Below, one piece after another: positions 23,542 through 35,391 of a stretch of DNA of 64,000 nucleotides. Each line of letters starts with the position of its first letter. Position 1 is the first letter of the stretch. A program made the translations under genes and the position numbers. The stretch comes from Cyanophora paradoxa CCMP329 (taxonomy: Eukaryota; Plantae; Glaucophyta), in contig QPMI01000242.1 in the NCBI GenBank assembly GCA_004431415.1, positions 59,149 through 123,148 on the forward strand. The letters run 5' to 3'. The notes under the pieces were generated by a model. The model was not told where the DNA came from and did not search any database. It saw only the letters and a list, made by a program, of their open reading frames with translations.

Positions 23542-26500
23542 CTAGGCGTCGGTGAGGTCGACGGAGGGCCCGCCGGGGAGCGAGCGCGCGGAGAGGCTGC
23601 GGGCGGAGGAGCCGGCCGGGCGCGGCGCGCTCACGTTCGTCGCCTTGCGCTGCAGGCCGCCCTCCGGCCCCGCCGCCATCACCACCAGCTCGTCCCCGGG
23701 CGGCGTCCCCGACGCCCCCTTGGCCGGCGTCGCCGCCGCCCCAAGCGGCGCGCCCCGCACCGCCCCGGGCGCTGCGAAGGCCGAGCCCGAGGAGCGGGGG
23801 GAGAGGGCGGCGGTGGGTCCGCTGGGGGCGACGGCGGCGAGGGTGCGCGGGCTGAGGGCGGCCGGGGAGGCGCGCGCGACGGTCGCCAGCCGCAGCTCCG
23901 CCGTCGCCGCCCGCCGTTCCGCAGCCTCCAGCTGCCGCTGCCCCCCCGCCACCCTCAGCCCCGCCCCGCCAGGAGGAGACGTGGCAGGGGCGAGGCGCCC
24001 ACCTGCAACTCTCCCGCTGTCCGCTCGAAATCGCGCGGGGAGGCCTGCGGGGCGGTCGGGGCGGGTCGGGGGCGGGGGCGGGGGCGGGGCGCACGCTGGC
24101 GCGCTTGAAGGTCTCGAGCTTGAACCACTGGAGCTCCTCGTTCTCGGCCTGGAGGCGCGCGATGGCCCCCTCGAGCTCGCTGACGCGCGCGCCGCCGCGC
24201 TCCTCCCCGCGCGGCTCCTTCAGCACCGCCTGCAGCAGCGACACGTTCTCCTGCTGCAGCCGCGCCACCTCCTGCGCCGCGCTCGCCGCCCCGCCCCTCG
24301 CCCCGCCCGCCCCGCCCCGCCCCGCCCCGCGCACCTCGCGCAGCACGACGAGCTCGCGGCCCATCGCCGCCGCGTCGGGGCCCTCCTGGCCCGCGGCGTG
24401 CCCCGCGGCGTGGCGGCCTTGGCGGCGGCCCCGGAGGCGCGCCCCTGGCTGCCGGCGAGGCTCCGGTGCGTGCCCGACTGGAGGAGCGCCTCGAGCTGCT
24501 TGCCGTCGGCGCCGCCGCGGGCCGCCTCCTTGGCGGCGAAGAGGCGGCGGGTGAGGGCCTCGTTCTCGTCGCGCAGGAGGATGAGCTGCTCGACGACCTT
24601 GCCCGCCGCCGCCTGTTCCTGCCGCAGCGCCTCGACCTCCTGCTGCAGCGCCGCCCGTTCGGCGGCCCCCCGGGCGAGCTCGCCGCGCAGGGCGGCGGCG
24701 GCGTGCTGGGCGTCGCCGCCGGCGCGGGACTCGGCCTCGAGGGCCTCGAGCTGCGCCTGCGCCATCTTCAGCTGGTACTCCAGCGACACGGACTCCGCCT
24801 GTATCGCCTCAGGCCCCGCCGCCCCCGCCCCGGCCCCGGCCCCGCGCACGTGCAGCCGGTCCCGCTCCCGCCGCATCTCCTCCAGCTTGGCGGCAGAGGC
24901 CTCGGCGGCCTTGGCGTGGGCGGCGGCCTCGGCGTGGGCGTTGGCGGCGGCCTTGCGGAGGGCGTCGGTGTCGGCGCGCCGGCCCTCCAGCTCCTGCACC
25001 TTGGCGACGATCTCCCGGTTCTCCGCCTGCATCGCCTCCTTCACCCCGTACAGCTGCCGCCCCGCCCCCACGCCCCTCGCACCCCGCTCCGCCGGCCCCG
25101 CCCCGCCCCGCGGCGCCGCGCGGGGGCACCTCCTGGCGGAGCGAGTCGCGCTCGGCGGCGAGCTTGTCGCGCTCCCGCTCCACCGCCTCCAGCGCCTCGA
25201 TCGCCTCCTCCGCCGCCCGCGCCGCCTCCCGACCCCGCCGGTCCGCCTCCCGCTGCCGCCCCGCGTCGGCCCCGCCCCGCGAGCCGCGCGCGCCGCGCCG
25301 CGCCGCGCGGGCGGCGCACCGCCTCGCGCTCGAAGCGGGTCGCCTCCTCCGCGGCGGCGGCCGCCCGCCGCTCGAGCCGCTCCGCGCGCTCCCGCCCCTC
25401 GTCGCCCTGCTCCGCCGCCTCCCGCCCCGCCGCTCCGCCTCCCGCCGCCCCGCCGCCTCCTCCTCCACGCGCTTCTCCAGCGCTTGCACCTGCGGCCGCC
25501 TCAGGCGCCGGCGGGCGGGGCGGGCGGGGGTGCGGGGCGGGCCTGGCGGCGAGGGCGTCGCGCTCGGCGGCGGTCTCGGCGGCGGCGCGGCGGAGGGCGT
25601 CGGCCTGGCGGGAGACGGCGGCGTGGTCGCGCTTCAGCTGCTCGGCCCCCTCCATCTCGCCCCGCAGCGCCCCGATCTGCTCCTGCAGCCGCTCCAGCTC
25701 CCGCGCCCCCGCTCCTGCCGCTCCCGGCTCCGCTCCGCCGCCCCGCGCCCCTCCTCCGCCTCCCGCCGCCACCGCTCCGCCTCCTCCTCCTTCTGCGCTG
25801 CGATCGCCTCCACGGCCGCCGTGCGCGCCGCCAGCTCCGCCGCCGCCTCCTTGCGCGCCTCCTTCCGCGCCTCCGCCGCCGCCCGCTCCGCCTTGCGCTC
25901 GGCCTCGTCCTTGGCCTGCGGGCGCCGCAGCGTGGGCCCCGGGGCGGGCGGGGCGGGCGGGCGGGCGGGGCGGACGGCCTTGAGGTCGGCGAGCTCGCGG
26001 CGGAGGTCGTCGGCGTGGGAGGACTCGCCGGCCGCCAGCGCCCCTTGAGCGCCTCGTGCCGCCGCTCCACCGCCCCCAGCTGCTCCTCCAGCTCCCGCAC
26101 CCGCCGCTCGTACGCCCCGCCCGCTGCCCCTGCGCCCCGCCTCGCCCCCGGCCGCGGGAGGGCAGCGGGCGGGGCCTCGCCTGCGCATTGGACTCGACGG
26201 TGAGGGCCTCGACGCGCCGCGCCAGCGCCGCGCGCTCGCGCTCGGCGGCAGCGCGCTCGCCCTCGGCGGCCGCGAGCTGCTCGCGCGCCTCGTCGAGCTG
26301 CTCGCGCGCCCCGCGAGCTCCCGCCGCGCCTGCTCCAGCTGCGCGCCGGCCCCCGCGCCGCCCTGGAGCTGCTGCTCGGCGGCGGCGGCGCGCTCCTCGG
26401 CGCGGTCGCGGAGGGCGCGCTCGCGGGCGGTGTCGCGGCGGCTCTTCTCGAGCTGCTCGCCGAGGAGGGCGACCTTGGCCTGGAGCTCGCCCAGCTCGCG

Positions 26501-28744
26501 GTTCACCTGCGCCAGCAGCCGCGCCTCCCCCGCCTTGAGCGCCTCCACCTGCTCCGCCACCCGCCGCGCCTGCTCCTCCACCGCCGCGTCCCCCGCCGCC
26601 GCCGCCGCCAGCTCCGACCGCATCTCCCGGTCCGCCCGGCTCACCATCGCCTCCAGCTCCCGCACTTGCTCCGCGTACGGGTGCTCCCCCGCCCCGCCCT
26701 CCCGCTCTCGCGCGAAGCCCTCCGAGGGGAGCGGCCCCGGCACCGGCAGCGCCCCCGGCCCCGCGCCTCGCCCGTCCGCCTCGGCCCGGCGCCGCTCGAT
26801 GGCGGTCTTGAGCATCTGCGCGGGGGTCAGCGGAGCGCGGGGCGGGGGAAGAGGGGGGCGGGGCGGGCGGGCCTCGAACTTGGGCTCGAGCTCGTTGAGG
26901 CGCGCGGCGCGGCGGAAGAGCTCCTCCTCCGCGCGCCGCCGCGTCGGGCTCACCCCCCGCTCCTCCGCCTCCTGCTGCCGCGACAGCTGCTCCAGCGCCC
27001 GCGCCCCCGCCCCGGACCCCACGCTCCCGCCCGCCCCGCCTCGCCCCGCCCCGACGCCAGCCGCGGCAGCGGGCTGCCGAGGCCCGGGGCGTGCCGAGGG
27101 GGCGAAGCCCGGGGCGCGGGGGCTGGCGGCCTCGAGGCGGCGGAGGCGCTCCTGGCTCTCCGCGAGGGCCGCGATGGCGGGGCCGGCCTGCGGCTCCGCG
27201 TACTTCACCAGCTCCTCCTCCAGCCGCCGCCCCTCCAGCACCGCAAGCTCCGCCCGGCGCCCCTCGATCTCCCGCTGCTGCCCCGTCAGCCCCGCCCCGG
27301 GGCCCCGGCGCGGGGCGGGGACCTGGCGGCGCTGCTCGCGGCCGCGGGTGCGGCGCTCGTCGAGGAACTGCACGCCCGTCGGATCCGGCCCCGGGTCCCC
27401 CGCCGCCGAGAAGACACGGAAGAGCGCGTGCAGCTGCCGGCCCGTCGGCGCCGGCGCAGGGGCGGGCCGGGGGCCGGGGCGGGGCGGACCTGGAGGAGGA
27501 GGAACTCGTCGTCGCGCTGCTTCGCGAAGAACTCGTCGACCGTCCAGAAGCACGGCAGCCCGTTCATCCGCAGCAGCTCCAGCACGTACCCCACGTTCGC
27601 CCGCGCCTCCTCCCTGTCCCCCTGTCAGCCGCCCCGCCCCGCCCCGCCTCGCGCATCGCCCCCCGGCGCACTCGTTCTCCGGCTGGCAGTAGACCCGCGA
27701 GAGGTCCGGGATGTGCTCTGCGGCAGCCGTCGCCCCCTCTGGCGCGGGGCCGGCGGCGGGGCGCACGCACCGGGGACGGGGAGCTTGGGGTACTGGGCGA
27801 CGGGCCGCTGCGCCTTGCAGGCGATGTGGCGGTGGAGCACGCAGGCGAGGGCGGCGCCGCTGCCGAAGTCCTCCCACAGGAGCGCCTCGCCGCCCTTCTT
27901 CGCGAAGGAGAAGGCGTGGTGCGAGAGCAGCTTCCCGTACGGCCGCAGCGCGTCCCCGTAGAACCGCCGCATCTCCTTCGCCACCGCCGCGCCCCGCGCA
28001 TCGCTCAGCACGAACGCCTGCCCGGCCGTCAGCCCGCGGGGCCGGCTTCGTTGCTCGAGAGGTGCGAGCGGCACGATTTGCGCTGTTCACCTCGACCACC
28101 TCGTGCAGCAGGCTGTAAACCTTTTCAGGCTTCTTTTCGTAGATCTCCTCAGCCGATGGGATGTACTGCGGAGCGCGGGCGAGTGAGAAGGCTTCTCTAT
28201 TGAGACAAAACGGCGGAGAAAGAAGAGGCGGACCTGGGCGCGACGCGAGCGCTTCCAGATGATCGAGAGAGCCTTCTCGATGTTGTTCAGTGCCGGCTGC
28301 TTCGAAAGGACCTTCTTGTTTATGCCCAGAATTTGCACATCTGCGACGACCACGTCAGGCGCCGCCAGCCCCACTAGTCGTTTCGTTGTCGCAAGCGGAT
28401 ATGCTCGCAGCGACGCACCTGGGGCAAGGTGCTGGACCAGTGCGCAGAGGAGGATACCGGAACGAAACTCGTCGGCGATGTTAGCCGGCGTGAGAGGTTG
28501 TGTGAGCTGAAGTGAATTGAGAAAGCGTAGCAGCTGCGCGCTCCGTGTCTTGCCTGCGTGACGACGGAAGTCAACGAGCCGCCGACTTCAAAGCCTAGCG
28601 CGGCGCGGGAGGCGCTGCTGGTAGCAAAAGCGTGCTAACCTACACGGGCTGACGATGCGGCCGACAAGCGGTCGCCGTCGACCTGCTGGCGGCGAGCTTC
28701 GTCAGTGTGAGCAAGCTCCACGCGCTCGCGGTGCGAACCTCCAT
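23542..28744 (-). CDS. Large spliced protein with N-terminal calponin-homology-like domain(s) and a long coiled coil
   Basis: LLRFLNSL...IADEFRSGILLCALVQHL...ALNNIEKALSII, a second CH-like block (LWEDFGSGAALACVLH...NVGYVLELL), then E/A/R/L heptad-rich exons. Confidence 0.7.
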
Positions 28745-28861
28745 CCAGTCTCCAATGACCGCAAGCAGTCTCGCGGGCCTCGTTCTCTCTCCGGCGGCCG
28801 GCGGCGCGGGCCGCGCGGCAATTGGGGGGTAGAGGCAGCCGCTGAGCGCTCGTCTTGATCG

Positions 28862-30262
28862 ATGGACGAAGCGGGCGGCGATAATGACAGCGATGTCGAG
28901 TACCACGACGATGACTTCGAGTGGGAGGAGCTTGCGAGCCGAGTGGCCGAGAGCGTTGCGCGGCAGCCGCAGCTTGCGGACGCGTCCACACGAGGTGCAA
29001 TCAGCCTCCTTAACTGCCGGTAACTGCCGGTTAACGCTGTTGCGCAGGTCGACTCGAGGCCGAGGTGAGCGCGCGCGCGCAGCCTGCAGCTGCCGGTTGT
29101 TAGCAAGTCTCTCGGTGCAGGCGGCCTCGCAATGGGACAGCTTCTACAATCGAAACGAGGCGAAGTTCTTCAAGGACCGTCGCTATCTCCTCGCTGCCTT
29201 CCCCGAGGAGCTCGACCCGTCGCGGAGGCCGCCGGACAGTGCGCCTCTTCGGCTGCTGGAGTGTGGATGTGAGCCCCGCGCGCGCCCCGCTCTACACGAT
29301 CCGGGTTCTCTTGATCCCACTCTTTTAGGTGGCGCAGGCAACACTCTCTTCTCGTTGCTGCGGCGGGACCGGCGCATGGAGGCGGTCGCTTTCGACTACA
29401 GCGCGCGGGCTGTCCAGCTGGTCACCGAGTCGCCCTTCTTCGACCCTCTGCGCTGCTCGGCCTTCACCTGGGACATCGAGGTGCCCCCCCGAGCCCGCCC
29501 TGCCGCCCTCTCGCCTTGCTGCCCCGGGGCGCCCCCCGCGCGGGCCGGGGGCCAGACTCTGAGAGATCGATCAGTCCCTTCGGCTGATCATGACGCGGGG
29601 CCGGCAGAGGGAGGCGCTACCGGGGGAGCTGGTCGGCGAGGGGAGCGTGGACGTGGCGACGCTGGTCTTCTCCCTCTCCGCGATGGCGCCCCAGAACATG
29701 CCCGCCGTCCTCCGCCGCATCCGCGCCGTCCGGCCCCGCCCCCGGCGCACCCCTCCGGCGCCTGACTGCCGGCGCAGGCGCTGCGGCCCGGCGGCCTCGT
29801 TTTGTTTAGGGACTACGGCCTCTATGACCTCTCCCAGTTGCGCTTCAAGCCGACGGCGAAACTCGGGGAGAGCTACTAGTTTGCCCCATGCCTTCTCCTC
29901 CTGCTCCGTGCCTCTGAGTCTGCATCGTTTGGCAGTGCTCGAGGGGACGGCACGCGGTCCTTTTTCTTCACAAAGGGTGCGTTTGTTTAAATGACTCCGA
30001 TCCGCATCAGTGCGGGCGCCAGCCTCAAGCTTGCCCGCACCGCCTGCGGGGCGCCCGGCGATGGCGGCGGGCAGAGCAGGCGAGGGCGCTCTTCGAGGGG
30101 CGGGAGGACTGGCAGCGCGCGGAGGGCGGGGGCGGGGAGCCCCCCGAGGACCGCCCCTTCGAGTGCCTCGACGTGCGCTACAGTACGGTGCGGAATTACA
30201 ACCGCAAGAAGCGCGTGAGCATGGAGCGCGTGTGGGTGTCTGGAAAATTCAGGAGACGATAG
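28862..30262 (+). CDS. tRNA N3-methylcytidine methyltransferase (METTL2/6, Trm140 family)
   Basis: [83 protein letters not shown]. Confidence 0.92.
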
Positions 30263-30285
30263 GGCACGGGGAGGGCGGGACGGGG

Positions 30286-31330
30286 TCACTTGTGGCGGAG
30301 GCGGGCCTCGAAGCGGTCGAGTTCCGAGCTGCTCTCCTTCGCCTCCCGCGCCGCCTCGCGTGCCAACTCCCGCGCCTCCTCCTCCTGCCCCGTGTCAGCC
30401 AGCCCAGAGCGCCCCGGGCCGCCCCCTGCGCACCTCCTCGGACATCGCCCGCACAGGCGGGTTCACAGGCCCCTTGCGCGGCGCCGACTGCATCGGCGCG
30501 GCCTGCTTCTTCATCACCGGCGGGCCCTTCGGGACGTGGACTGCGCTGTCAGGGTCAGGACGGCGGCCGGCCGCTCGAGTGGCGTCTGCGAGCGGCGTAC
30601 TTGGCGGTTTACTTGCGGGCGCCGACGCCTTTGTGCTCCGCGGCTTTTCTCCGCGCAGCCTCCGCTCGAACTCGTCGATGTCTGCAGCGCGGCCAAGCTG
30701 CGATCAGCCCCACTGCCGTGGCTCGCTGCAACGCGTCTAGCGCGCCTTTTGCAGAGTCCACAGGGGTAGTCTCTGGCTCAGGCATGTACGTGTCCTCCAG
30801 GTCGGCGCTCACTTTAGTCACGGGCGACGCGCGGGCGACAGCTGCAGAGCCGGAACCTGCCGCCGGCCCTCCTGACGCAGAGCGCTGCACGCCTGCTCTT
30901 CTCATCGTCTGCCGCTGGGGTGTCGTGTGGGCCAGAGGAGCTGTTGTCACAATCGTAATCGGTGCTGCTGTCGGCCGTGTGGGGTGCCGTAATCGTAATC
31001 GCACTCACAGCTAGCCTGTGCGGAGCAGATATGCGGGCTAAATGCGAAGCGAAGAAGCTGCTGTTGCTGGAGGGGGAAGAAGCGGGGGCTACATGTACAG
31101 CAACGTTGGAAACCTGATGCGTCGCCTGTGCTAGTTCGAGTATGCACGCGGTGCGGTTCTCCCGCGCAGCGCGCGGCTTTGAGCGCTGCGGCGGCGGCAC
31201 CGGTAGCGCATTGGCAACCGCGGCTGAGCCCGGCGGCCGCGGCGGCACTGGTCGCGGTGTTGAGCACGGCGGCGGCGCTGTTGCGCGTTGCATCAGAGTT
31301 CAGCGCGTCAACTGCACTGCCCTGATCATG
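30286..31330 (-). CDS. Unknown low-complexity protein, convergent with the methyltransferase
   Basis: 3' exons read ...KGPPVMKKQAAPMQSAPRKGPVNPPVRAMSE|EEEARELAREAAREAKESSSELDRFEARLRHK*. 5' end uncertain. Confidence 0.45.
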
Positions 31331-31680
31331 AGCTGGTCCCCCGGGGGAGCCAGCGCTAGCGCTTCCCCCGGGGGAGCCCCGGGGGAGCCCCGAGCCCGCC
31401 GCCCCTCGTCGCCGCCCTCTAGATCTGCGAAGATACCTAGGCTTTCTCCCCCGGCTCGAGCTCCGCTTCACGCCGACCCCTGAACCAGCGCTAGCGCTAG
31501 CTGCAGTGCTCGCTATAGCTCTCCGACGAACTCGCCATCCGCGACTCATCTTTGACGAACTTGCCATCCGCGACTCATCTCGGACTGGGCAGTCCGAGTT
31601 GCGGGTACAGTCGTAGATGAGTCTCAGCAGACATTTGCTGTGTCCATGGATGCCCGCGCTCTTCAGGGGCAGAGGGGGCG

Positions 31681-34600
31681 CTAGGTGGGGGCGGGGGCCG
31701 GGGCAGCGAGGGCGTGGTAGAGGGGTACCAGGCACCTGCAGCCCGCTCGCCTCTCTGGGGCGCGGCGCGGGCGGCCGGCGGGCGGGCGGGGCGGACCAGG
31801 CGCTGCCGGGCGCCGCGGTCAGAGGACGGGGCGGCCCGAGGGTCAAGGTTGAGAACGGCAGCGCACTCTAAGGCGGCGTACTCCAGCTGGGCAGGCGGCA
31901 GCGGCCGCCGCTCCCAGTTGAAGATCTTCCCGAGTTGCGCCGGCGCCGGGCCAGGGGTAAGAGATCGAAACGGGGTTTGGAATGTGAGCAAAGTGCACCT
32001 GGGGTCGCTTGTCGAGCGGGCGCCCGAGCACGCGCTCCACGGCCCCTGCCAGCGACGGCAGCGCCCTGCCCGCCCCGCCATCAGCCGCCCCGCCCAGCCC
32101 GCAGCAAACGGCGCCGGCAAGGCGACCTGCGGGCCCCCGGGGCGGGGCGGGGCAGCTGGCGGGCGCAGAGTGTCTGGCGGTGTATGCGTGAGGCGGGGAG
32201 GGGGGGCGGGGTGAGGGCAGGGGAGGCGCCTGCAGGTCCACGAGGGGTGCGACCGCCCCCCGCTGCTGCACCCCCGCGAGCGCGGGGAACGAGGCCGAGA
32301 GCGCTGCGCCGGGTGAGGCCCCGCGCGCGGCGCGGCGCGGCGCCGCGCGGTGGTGCGTACATTTGAGATCCGAGGCGAAGGAGAAGCCGAGCTGCGGGGT
32401 GCGTGAGAACCGGGGCCGAGGGGCCGGGGGCGGTGACTGGGGCGGGCCTTGAGGTGGTGCGGGGAGCGGAAGAGGGCGGCGAGGAGGGCGGGGCCGGCCT
32501 CGGGGAGGGCGAGCACGTCGAGGAGCCTGCGCACGCGGTCATTCAGATGACCGCGGGGCGCGTGAAGAGCGTGCGACGTGCCAGGCGCGGTCGGCGGTGG
32601 CGAGCTGCACGAGCGCCGTGCGCTTCGCGTGGCGCCACTCGCTGTCGAGGCCCACCACCAGGAGCCCCGCCTGCGCCCCGTCGGCCCCCGCGCGGCAGCG
32701 GCGCGGGCCGGGGCGGGCACGGGGGGTTGTGCCGGGGGCAGCTGGAGGGCGGCGGCGAGCTCCGCGAGGGCCTCCGCCGTCTCCACCCACGCCACCGGCA
32801 CCGGCAGACGCAGGAACTCGCTCCCCTCCCCCGCCTCTGCGCCCCGTCAGCCGCCTGCGCAGAGGCGGGGCCGGGTGGGGGACCCTGGGGCGGGGGGCCG
32901 GCGGAGGCGAGGAAGTCGGGGAGCGGGGGCAGGGGCCGGGGGAGGGCGTCGGCGTCGGGGCGGAGCGGAGCGAACTCCGCCTCGCCGAGGAGCCCGAAGT
33001 GGAGCGCCACGCGCGCCGCGAACGCCCGGCGCCCCCCGGGGACGAGGCCCTCGCGCCCCACCCCGAGCAGCAACAGCCGGGCGAGGGCGCGCTGCAGGGC
33101 GGGGCGGCCCTCGGCGAGCGCGAGGGCCGCCTCCACGGCCCCGCCGTAGAGGGCGGCCTTCACGGCGGCGGCCTCCTCGAGCTCGCAGAGGCGCGGGAAG
33201 CGCTCCTTCACGCCGAGCTCCTCGGCGAGGGCGACGAGGGAGGCGAGGGGCACGCGGCGGGTGCGCTCCTCGGGCGGCTGCTCGGGGCGGCCGCCGCGGG
33301 GCGCGGGGGCGCGGTAGAGGGCCCCCTCGAAGGCCCCCCCGAGGGCGGCCAGGCAGAAGGCGACGAAGGCCTCGCGGGCGGGGGCGGGGTAGGGGGCGAG
33401 GAGGCGGGCGGCGAGGGGCAGGAGGCGGTGGGCGAGGAGCGGGGCGTGCAGCTCCTCGAGCCCCGCCCACCGCCCGGGAACGCCTCGGCGATGAACCCCA
33501 TCGCCACCTGCCCGCCCCTCGCTTCCCCCGCCGCCGGCCTGGCGCGGGGCGGGGCCGGCGCGCCTGCGCGGTCGAGCAGCAGCCGGCGGCGCGCGCCTCC
33601 TCGAGCACCGCCCGCGCCCCGGCCTCCGCCTCCCGCTCGCCCGCCTCCGCCTGCCCCGCCCGTCGGCCCCGAGGGGCGCCGCGGCGCGGTGCGCACGAGG
33701 AGGGCCTGCAGGGCGAGGGCGAGGAGGGAGCTCGGTAGCGGCCGCTTGGGCGCCCCGCGCGCGCGCCCCGCGGCGGCGGCGGCGGCGCGGCGGCGGGCGA
33801 CGGCGGCGGCCTCCTGGAAGGCCCGCGCCGCCGCCGCCCGCGCCTCCACCTCTTCCCGCCCGCACGCCCGCCGCGCCCCGGCCCGGCGCCCCGCAGCACC
33901 GGCCTCGCCCTCCTCGGGCCCCGGGTCGTCTCCTGGCCCGGGCCCATCGCCCGGCCCCTCGCATGCTACCGCTGAAGCCGCGCTGGCACCCTCCGTCGCC
34001 TCCTCCGGAGGCGCCGGCTCGCACACCGTGCTCCCCGCCTCCTCCCGCTCGCACGCCCTGCGCGGCGGCTCGATCCATGCGGCGGCGCGGGCGGGGCCAG
34101 GGGCGGGGGCGGGCGGGCCTGGCGGCGCGGGAGCGGGAGACAACGCGGGCGATTTCGGCGGCGAGGCCAGCCGGCTCGCGCGCACCGCGGAAGAGGCCGC
34201 GCAAGGCGGCGCGCACGGCGGCGTGCTGAAAGCTGCGGAGCGGGTCGGGGCGGGGGGCGCGGGGGCGCGGGGGGCGGGGACCGGCGGAGGGCGCAGTCGT
34301 GGTGGAAGCGGTCGGCGCAGGCCCGCAGCGCCCCCTCCACGTCCCCCGCCGCCACCTCCACCGCCTCCTCCCACACCGCCCCCGCCTCCCCCTCCCCCGC
34401 CCTCCCCTCCGCCTCCTCCGCCCCCGCTGCCTCCTCGCCAGCCGCGCGGCGGGGGACCGCAGGGCGGGACGCGCTTGGGCCGCTGGGCGCCCTCTTGCCG
34501 CGCTTGGCGCGGCACTGCTTGAAGACGGGCGGGGCGGCCGGCTCGCAGGCCATCGTGTCGAGCAGGCCGGCGAGGAGGCGCCGGCCGTCGGCGCGCGCCT

Positions 34601-35045
34601 CCGTGTGGCACGCACCGCACGCGAGCCAGACCTGGAAGACCGGATACGCGGCGCGCCGGGAGAGGGTGACTCCGAGTACAGAGTCGCGCTCACAGGACTC
34701 CTCTTCCAGCGCCGCGAGGCCCCCGTCCAGCGCCGCCGCGACCAGCGCCTCCCACGCTCGCGCCGCATCCGCCTCCGCGGTACGCACGATCCAGAAGCCG
34801 CCAGAGGCGAGCGCTTCGTGCTCCCACACTGGCACGGGTCAGCGCGCGGCCCCGCTCGCGGGCCGATGGCACGCACCGGGCAGCACGTCGCCTCGCATCA
34901 GATGCACGCGGCGGCGCGCGTAGCCGTCGAGCCTTGCGATGGCCGCTGCCACGTCTCCTGGCGTCTGCACCTCTGCGACGTGAAAGAGCGACTTGACGTA
35001 ATCGTTCTCCTCGCGTCGGTGCGCGTAGCAGCGCCATGGCGGCAT
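31681..35045 (-). CDS. Fusion gene: N-terminal eIF4E-like cap-binding domain, helical region, C-terminal MUT-7/EXD3-type DEDDy 3'-5' exonuclease
   Basis: eIF4E-like: PWRCYAH..NDYVKSL, LMRGDVLPVWEHEALASGGFW, AWEALV, VLGVTLSRR, FQVW. Exonuclease: VGLDSEW (ExoI), ALVQLAT, KLGFSFASDL (ExoII), LVDLQ, SLAGAVERVLGRPLDK, NWERRPL..QLEYAALDAWCLVPLY (ExoIII). Confidence 0.8.
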
Positions 35046-35391
35046 CGGTTTAGCTAGCAATAGCGCCGATCACTTCAGCATGTATGTTTCTCGAAGTGCA
35101 ATAGCGCCGATCACTGCTGGGGTACCGGATACCGACAACTCGCAAAAGCTCCAACACTCCGACAGTCAGGACCTGTCAGGTACCGGCCAGTGGCGCCCGT
35201 CTCGTGGGCGAGCCCCCCGGACGCGAAGGGCCTCAAGACGTTCAATCGCTCTCTATAACAGAAGAATAACGTCCGCTGCCGCCGACCGAGCTGTCGGGTT
35301 GTTTCTCTCGTTCGTAGGCAGCCCGCGAACGGATTCGCGACCTTGGGCTGATAGCGGAGCACCGAATTCTAATTAGTAGCCCGGTGGCAGC

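Noticed and set aside
15570-35045. RNA-silencing gene cluster (MOV10-like plus MUT-7-like)
   Set aside because: The genes are 13 kb apart with unrelated genes between them; no evidence beyond proximity.
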